From contig CAWBQK010000006.1 in assembly GCA_963791045.1 (NCBI GenBank), positions 128,001 through 192,000 on the forward strand: a stretch of DNA of 64,000 bases, written 5' to 3'. Source of the DNA: Candidatus Latescibacterota bacterium (lineage in GTDB: Bacteria > Krumholzibacteriota > Krumholzibacteriia > WVZY01). Shown here one piece after another: positions 57,406-64,000 of this stretch (position 1 is the first letter of the stretch; each line of letters starts with the position of its first letter). A program made the translations under genes and the position numbers. The notes below the pieces were generated by a model, which saw only the letters and a program-made list of their open reading frames with translations, searched no databases and was not told the origin of the DNA.

Positions 57406-58053
57406 CTAAAGGTTCATCTGAGGACGAAGCGCGTCGACAATTTTTAAATGTACATCGTTGACTGGCTCCGTGCCGTCAAGAATGACGAGCGCTCCGTAAT
57501 TCTTTTCGTAGAGTTTGCGCGAAGACATGTAGTTCTCGTGGATTCCTTCGAGGATCCGTTTTTTCTCGTAAATTGACGGTGCGTCTTTGCGAGCCTTGAG
57601 GCGCCGGAGACATTCCTTTACGGGGACTTCCAGAAGGATTGTGAGGTCGGGAACAGCGCATCCCTTGTTGACTTCGATCACGCGCCCGGCGGAAATAGAC
57701 GGGTCGAGGGTTTGGTAGGCAATCGACGACCAAATATAGCGATCGCAGACCACGTGCGCGCCGTTCGAGAGAATTTTCTCAAGTGCTTGAGAATGTTCGA
57801 TGCGGTCGGCGGCGAAAAGGAGGCAAAGCGCCGCTTCCGAGAAGTCGATCCGCCCGCCGTCCGCCGGCGACGTAATCCTCCCCGACAGGGCGTCGCGTAT
57901 AAGTTTGCCGACGGGCTCGTCGGTAGGCTCGTTAGTGAGGTGGCTCTCTAAGTCATTGTCATTGATTAGGATATGAAGTTTTTTTGCCTGAGTCGTAGTC
58001 CCCGCCCCGTCGAGCCCCTCGAGAACGACAAACAAACCGCGCTTCTTTTTCAT
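57406..58053 (-). CDS. tmk: dTMP kinase
   Basis: EGLDGAGTTTQ, LFAADR..H, DRY..SS.AYQ, PDL. Confidence 0.93.
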   Translation of the reverse strand: MKKKRGLFVVLEGLDGAGTTTQAKKLHILINDNDLESHLTNEPTDEPVGKLIRDALSGRITSPADGGRIDFSEAALCLLFAADRIEHSQALEKILSNGAHVVCDRYIWSSIAYQTLDPSISAGRVIEVNKGCAVPDLTILLEVPVKECLRRLKARKDAPSIYEKKRILEGIHENYMSSRKLYEKNYGALVILDGTEPVNDVHLKIVDALRPQMNL

Positions 58054-58392
58054 CCCTCGCCATCCTCTTTGCTTTCCATCGTTTTTGAAATCAATAAGGT
58101 GGTTGCGCCGTCGCCTACTGATAGCATATTTTGTGGGCAATAGAAAGCGGAACATGTAGCGTCCCCGCGCGTAGTAACTAATATGCCTGTGGGCGCAAAG
58201 GCCTTAGTATCGCTATATTGTGCGGGGCCTGGAACCGGCCCTTAACGATGTTGCCCATAACCTGAAAAATGGTTATATTTTTTGCGCTTACAAGGGCTTG
58301 TAAATATTTATCATTGGAATGCCTATTGCAGGGGCCTTCCGACACATTCGCCTCAATAGAACGGCGTATCCTCTAACCCGGAGGCCGACTCC

Positions 58393-60028
58393 ATGAAGTT
58401 CCTCAGATCCCGCAAATTCATCGTATTGTCCGTGATTGCAGTTATTTCGAGCTTCGCGCTCGGTTCGTTGGCTGCAAAAGGCCAGAGCCAGGAGAGCGTG
58501 TTCCACGATCTCGAGATTTTTGCCAAAGTAGTGGAGAAAGTAAAGACCTTTTACGTCGATGAAGTCGATACCCACGAGATGATGACCGACGCTATCGAGG
58601 CGATGCTCAAGGACCTCGATCCGCACAGCCAGTATCTCGCGGGGCTCGATTACGAGGATCTCATGGTGAGCACGCAGGGGCAGTTTGGCGGGTTGGGATT
58701 TTTATTTCGTTCCGGGACAACTTACCCCACCGTGATTTCTCCCATCGAAGGCACGCCGGCCGACCGCGCGGGGATTCAGGGCGGCGACCAGATCGTCGAG
58801 ATCGAAGGCGAGCCGTCGGAGGGATGGCTGGTCCAGAAGGCCGTCCGCTATCTTCGTGGTGAGCCGGGTACGTCGGTTCGTTTCAAAGTAAGCCGCCCGG
58901 GACTTGGCGAACCGATCGAGTACAGTCTCGTCCGCGAGAAGATCCACGTCAAAAGCGTGACTTATAGCGGCATGTTGGACAGACGTGGCTATGTGAAACT
59001 ATCCAGCTTCTCCAAGACCACGCGCGAAGAACTGCAGAGCGCGCTCAGAGACCTGGAGTCGCAGGGTATGGAAGGACTGGTTCTCGATCTGCGGTCCAAC
59101 CCCGGTGGGCTTCTCCAGGCGGCGACAGCTGTTTCGGAGCTTTTTTGGATAAGGACAATCTCGTTGTTTATACAAAGGGCCGTTACGCCCAGAACAATCA
59201 GAAATATTACGCGAGCAAGAGCCGCAAACACACGGGCTATCCGATCGTTGTCATGGTAAATGGTGCCAGCGCCAGCGCGTCGGAGATTGTCGCCGGTGCA
59301 CTCCAGGATTGGGATGCGGGGTTTGTGGTCGGCCAGACATCGTTTGGCAAGGGGACGGTGCAAACTGTTTTCGCGCTGAGCGACACCAGGCGGTCAAGCT
59401 GACGACGGCGAAGTACTACACGCCGTCGGGACGGAGCATCCACAAGGATCACAACATGGAGGAAGAACTTCTCACGGATATGGCGGGCGGCGCGGACATG
59501 GCCGCGGCTGATGATGCCGACAAAATTCTCGCGGATGAAGAGCTGATTTCGAAGAAACCGACCGGCCGGTCTTTCACACGTCAGGCGGCCGCGTCGTCTA
59601 CGGTGGCGGCGGTATCACACCCGATCTCGAATTCGAGCCAAAGAAATACGGCGAGTTCGAGCGGCGGATCGAACGTGACGCGCTCCTTTTTGCGTTTGCC
59701 ATCGACTACTCTACAAAACACGAGATCACCGAAGATTTCGAGGTGGACGACCAGGTGATGGCGAGCCTTCAAAGAGCTTCTCGTCGAGAGGGAATTCGAG
59801 TAGAAGAAGAAGAAATGAGCGGCGACGCCTCGAGTATGTGAAGAAAGCGATTCTGCGGGAAATCGTCTCCAAGAATTTTGGGAGACAAAGCGATGTATCG
59901 GGTCGATGCTCGATCGGGACGAGAATTCCAGCGAGTTCTATCGGATTTACGAAATGGCTCCGACATTGGCGGAGATGTATCAGTACGCGGAGCAGGAGCG
60001 GAATCTCAAGAAAGCCAGTGCCGAATAA
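58393..60028 (+). CDS. S41 family C-terminal processing protease (multiple frameshifts)
   Basis: LDPHS, PDZ domain, [42 protein letters not shown]; stop overlaps the next ATG (TAATG). Confidence 0.88.
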
Positions 60029-60726
60029 TGAAGATTGCGATACTTTGTGACTTCGACGGTACCGTCGCACGGGATGACGTCGGGAATCTTTTGTTTCAAA
60101 AGTTTGCCGATGCCAAACAGTCCCGTGCGGTCGTCCGCAAGTGGAAAGAAGGGTCGATCTCGTCCAGAGAATGTCTCGAACGCGAGGCCGAGCTGGCCAG
60201 TGTGTCCCGCGAAATCGCTCGACAAGTTTATCGCAAAGCGCAAGCTGGATCCGTATTTCAAGGACTTTGTAGATTTTGCCCGTCGCCGCGAAATGGAGAT
60301 CGTCATCGTGAGTGACGGGCTCGATTATTATATCGAGAAAATGTTGATCCGCACCGGGCTCGCGCATCTCGATTTCTATGCCAACTCGCTCAAACTCAAC
60401 GAAGACAAACTCCATGTGAGGTTTCCGTTTTATGACATGCTCGATTGCCAGTCCTGCGGCAACTGCAAGACGTATCACATGGAGAAATACAAGGCCGACG
60501 GTTACTTTGTCGTATACGTTGGGAATGGATTTTCCGATCGCTGCCCGTCGGAATATGCCGATCTGGTTTTTGCGAAAGGGCGAGCTGCTCCGCTACTGTC
60601 GCAAGAACGGAGTTGAATCGGATGGCATTCGATAATTTCCGCGATGTCGAGCGCGAACTACTCCAGCCGATTTGTTCTCAATGGGGAGTAACGGTCCCGG
60701 CAGCAGCCGTCGCGCGGATTGAGTGA
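60028..60726 (+). CDS. MtnX-like HAD-IB phosphatase (frameshifted; end approximate)
   Basis: CDFDGT, VSDGLD.YI, CGNCK, GNG.SD.C....AD..FAK. Confidence 0.8.
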
Positions 60727-60799
60727 CGCGGTCGTGTTTACTCGGTCCCCGGGTCGAGTACCCTCGTCGCTCGTTGCGTTACCCACCATCGCCATAAAA

Positions 60800-61118
60800 T
60801 CATTCAGTTCCAGTTTGGTAAATCTCTCCCTTATCGATATAGGCATTCAACTCGTCTCTCGATAGCGGCGATCTCCTGCGGGTAGAATTCCTGCCCATGG
60901 CGGCCTCGGCGTTGAATCGCGTCATGATTCCGTCGATCTCTTCGCGTTGTGCGTCCGTGGTTCCTCGGGAAGACAGTTCTTCATAAACATCGCTGATCGA
61001 TCCCTCGAAGACGGTGAATTTCCGGGCGGCGATGCGTCTCCGACGAACAGCAAGAGGGTGAGACCCGCGACGATTCCGAGGGTAGGATAACAATCGCAAT
61101 TCGACTTCGGGGGTCCAT
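60800..61118 (-). CDS. Hypothetical protein, heavily frameshifted (boundaries uncertain)
   Basis: ATG just after the hydrolase end; hydrophobic N-terminal stretch; coding-like fragments in two frames. Confidence 0.35.
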
Positions 61119-61121
61119 CGA

Positions 61122-62081
61122 TCAAGTCCTTTCCCAAGGTAGGTTTCGAGAACCACTCGACGGTGGCGTCGGTGGCCTCGACAAGCGCGCCGCGTCGGAT
61201 TGAAAATTGCCGCTCGTCGGCGAACGGACTCTGCGGATAGAATGCCAAAAGGTGCCCGGTTTGAAGAATGAGAAACCTTTATCGTCGAGGCTGTCTTCCG
61301 CGCGGTAAAGCACCTGCGCGGCGCGATACGTTGACGGCCAGGTCCATGCTCCCGTGGACGATGAGATGGGGTGCCCGGAGCGTGGGATTTGCTTTTGAAG
61401 ATCGTATAGGTCGCATGTTGGCCTCGAGGTCTTCGAGATATTGTACGTCGACACTGAGAGCCGTGTGCCGTCGGCGGGTCGGTAAAATCGTAGAGTTCCC
61501 GCCTGCCGCCATTTTTCGTTTTTGCCGGCGTGTGAAGATATCCGGGTGTCGGGGAACGACCAGGTGCAGAGCGCGCCGGACGGAGTCCATTGCTCGTCGC
61601 GTCGATGAAGAAAAGCGGCGACACCACCACGGCTGTGGCCAAAAAGCCCAAGCGACGGAGTGCCGGGCCCGTGTACTCGGCAAGACAGTCTTTTCTCTGT
61701 GATAAGCGCGATCACTGCGGCGAGATCCGTATGTTCGCGTTCGAGCGTATTGATGCGAAACAGATCGGGGCGTGTATATCGGGTTGTTTTGTTACGATAC
61801 TCCGTGTAGACCCGTCATTGTCTCCGCGTGGGGCGGACTTATCCGGCTCCGGCGGAAACGTGCCGTTCAGCGAAAAATCGATCGAGAGGGCCGCCATCCC
61901 GCGTCGCGAAGCTTGCCCGCGAAAAAGGGAAAGAATCCCCACGTCTTGTAGCCCTTGAAACCATGGCAAAGCACGACGAGTCCGCTCGGCTGTCTATTCT
62001 CGGGCAGATACAAGATGCGCCCCGGACCGGGAACGCATCCGACGTGGGAATCTCGATTGTCTCGATCGGCCTCAAAATCAT
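61122..62081 (-). CDS. Alpha/beta hydrolase (multiple frameshifts)
   Basis: CHGFKGYK.WGFFP, GHSRGG nucleophile elbow, P.LIVHG..D..V in different frames. Confidence 0.75.
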
Positions 62082-62180
62082 ACCTCACATTAGGGGATCC
62101 CGGGCAAAGCGCAAGCGTTACTCTTGCGTAAACCCTTTTCTCACATTATCATCTATGGCTATGGACGAGTAACCGCGAAA

Positions 62181-63300
62181 ATGGTCAGAGAAGAGAAGAC
62201 CGGGACTGGACCTGATCGCGAAGAGCGGCATCCCGACGGCCGACACGGATTACCCCAGCGAACGGGCGATCTCCCTCGGCGGGGGTTCGGGTTATTCTCG
62301 CCCCGCTGTGCGGAGTGACCGATGCGGTGTTTCGCAGGATCTGTCTTGACAGTGGGGCCGATATGGCGGTTACCGAAATGATCAGTTCCGAAGGGCTCGT
62401 TCGCAACAGCCTGCACATCCGCGCGATCCGTCATCTCGATATGAGCGCCGGGCCGTTGGTCCTTCAGATTTTTGGATCCGATCCGGGAGATAATGGCAGA
62501 AGCGGCGGCAATACTATCCTCGCATATGAATCCTCGCTCATCGACATCAATTTTGGTTGTCCCGTTCGCAAGATCGTGAGCAGGAACGGCGGATCGGCTG
62601 TGCTTGAAGGACCGGCGTTTGTTGGGACGAGATTTGCGGACGCGTTGTTGAAAAAAGCACGGTGCCCGTGTCGGCCAAGATCCGTGCCGGGTTGGGACAA
62701 ACCGACGGCGGAGCATGTGGGTGAAATCGCCAGTATGATCGAAGATGCCGGAGTGTCGATGATCACCGTCCACGCCGGACAAAAGCGCAGGGGTTCAAGG
62801 GCAAAGCGGACTGGCTGCTCATCAAGGCGATCAAAGATACCGTTAAGATTCCCGTCGTCGGAAACGGTGATGTTGTGGACCCGGATAGTATGTCGGATGG
62901 TGGAAGAGACGGGGTGTGACGCGGTGATGATCGGGCGGGCCGCCATCGGCAACCCGTGGGTTTTTGATGAGATCCCGGCGGCGATTCGAAACCGAGTTGT
63001 ACCGCCGTCGCCTCCAAGAACGCGTTGAAGGGCTCCTGACGCATGTCGGATTTGCCGTCGAAAGTTACGGCGAGCCGCTCGGGATGGTCTCCTCGCGGAG
63101 GATGATGGCGGCGTATCTAAAACGAATCCCCAACGCCCGGGATCTCCGGTCGAAAATCATGCGCGTGCGAAGATTACGCGATACTGCAAGTGTTGATCCG
63201 CGAATATGTTGATGAAATCGAGTTGTTGAAATCCATAATTCGGAGACCAGGGGGCGCCGGCGGGTTGCGGGCGAATGCGGGCGGGCTGACATGTCTGAAG
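62181..63300 (+). CDS. dusB: tRNA dihydrouridine synthase DusB-like (multiple frameshifts; ends approximate)
   Basis: GVTD..FR, TEMISS, QIFG, IDINFGCPV.K, IPVVGNGD, AVMIGR.AIGNPW.F. Confidence 0.8.
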
Positions 63301-63380
63301 GTGAATCCGCAGGGCGGTACGTCGTGCACCGAGGACTTGAACCTGAGAGCATTCCTCGACCGAACCCAAAGAGACTCCAA

Positions 63381-64000
63381 TTGGACGAAGACGCACTCAA
63401 AAAACTCCTTGGTGATTTCAAAAATGGTGAAAAGAGCGAAGGCAAGTGCTCGACGCGCTTCGTCATCTTCCCTTCGAAGATATCGGTTATGCCAAAGTCG
63501 ATCATCATCGCCACCTTCGAAAAGGATTTCCCGAAGTGGTATACGGCGAGGGCAAGACCGAGGAGCAAATTCTCGGCATCGCCGACAAGATCATCCGTAA
63601 TGGGCAAAACTTCCTCGTTACACGCATAGACGATTCGGTCGGCGACAAACTCAAGGCACTCTATCCCGACGGTGATTACTTCGAGGCGGCGCGTATATTT
63701 TCGATCGAGATCAAACCCACAGAAAATTTGGTTATGTGCTCGTCGTCACAGCGGGAACATCCGATATTCCCGTCGCGGAGGAGGCGGCGATCACCGCGTC
63801 GCTTCTCGGCTGCAATGTCGATCGTATCTTTGATGTAGGCGTCGCTGGTGTTCACCGTCTGCTCGCCTACCAGTCGATGTCGGAGGAGGCCGACGTAATC
63901 GTGGTGGCGGCGGGGATGGAGGGCGCGCTGGCCAGCGTTGTGGCAAGTCTTGACAAAGGCGCCTGTCGTCGCGCTGCCGACGAGTGTGGGTTATGGGGCG
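63381..64000 (+). CDS. larB: Nickel-pincer cofactor biosynthesis protein LarB (frameshifted, runs off the window)
   Basis: [62 protein letters not shown]. Confidence 0.85.

Noticed and set aside
58393-64000. Pseudogene cluster or genome decay
   Set aside because: Catalytic motifs are intact and indel density rises toward the sequence end, as expected for consensus error
8400-64000. Numerous overlapping alternative-frame ORFs in the track
   Set aside because: Expected in GC-rich DNA; they overlap well-supported genes and lack motifs

Overview
The window looks like two unrelated genomes joined at about 8405. Bases 1-8405 are visibly AT-richer and resemble Anaerolineae/Chloroflexota. They carry tRNA-Pro, a rhomboid protease, an unannotated 48-aa Flp pilin, a deiodinase-like selenoprotein read through an in-frame TGA, proS with a candidate leader-peptide attenuator, and SCP2-thiolase-FadN beta-oxidation genes. 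Bases 8405-64000 are GC-richer and resemble FCB-group candidate phyla such as Krumholzibacteriota/Latescibacterota; this taxonomy is inferred from protein style only. This part has a giant secreted beta-helix protein with a FlgD-Ig/T9SS-like tail, transporters, and a histone-H1-like K/A/R repeat protein next to arginine decarboxylase and agmatinase. It also has comM, nth, tRNA-Val, a GT-C-like membrane glycosyltransferase, a 1544-aa TPR/GAF sigma-54 activator with ptsN and a Zn-ribbon gene, an FHA-phosphatase-Ser/Thr kinase operon, TPR proteins, queC-DUF366-queE and housekeeping genes. The best candidate for an undescribed system is a sigma-54 programme. Four -24/-12 motifs sit correctly oriented upstream of the H1-like gene, the FHA/phosphatase/kinase operon, a TPR operon and a lipoprotein, and the nearby giant activator has both glutamate-switch residues substituted. 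Frameshifts cluster at the ends of the GC-rich segment and are probably consensus errors. All product calls come from motif recognition by eye; no database searches were run.
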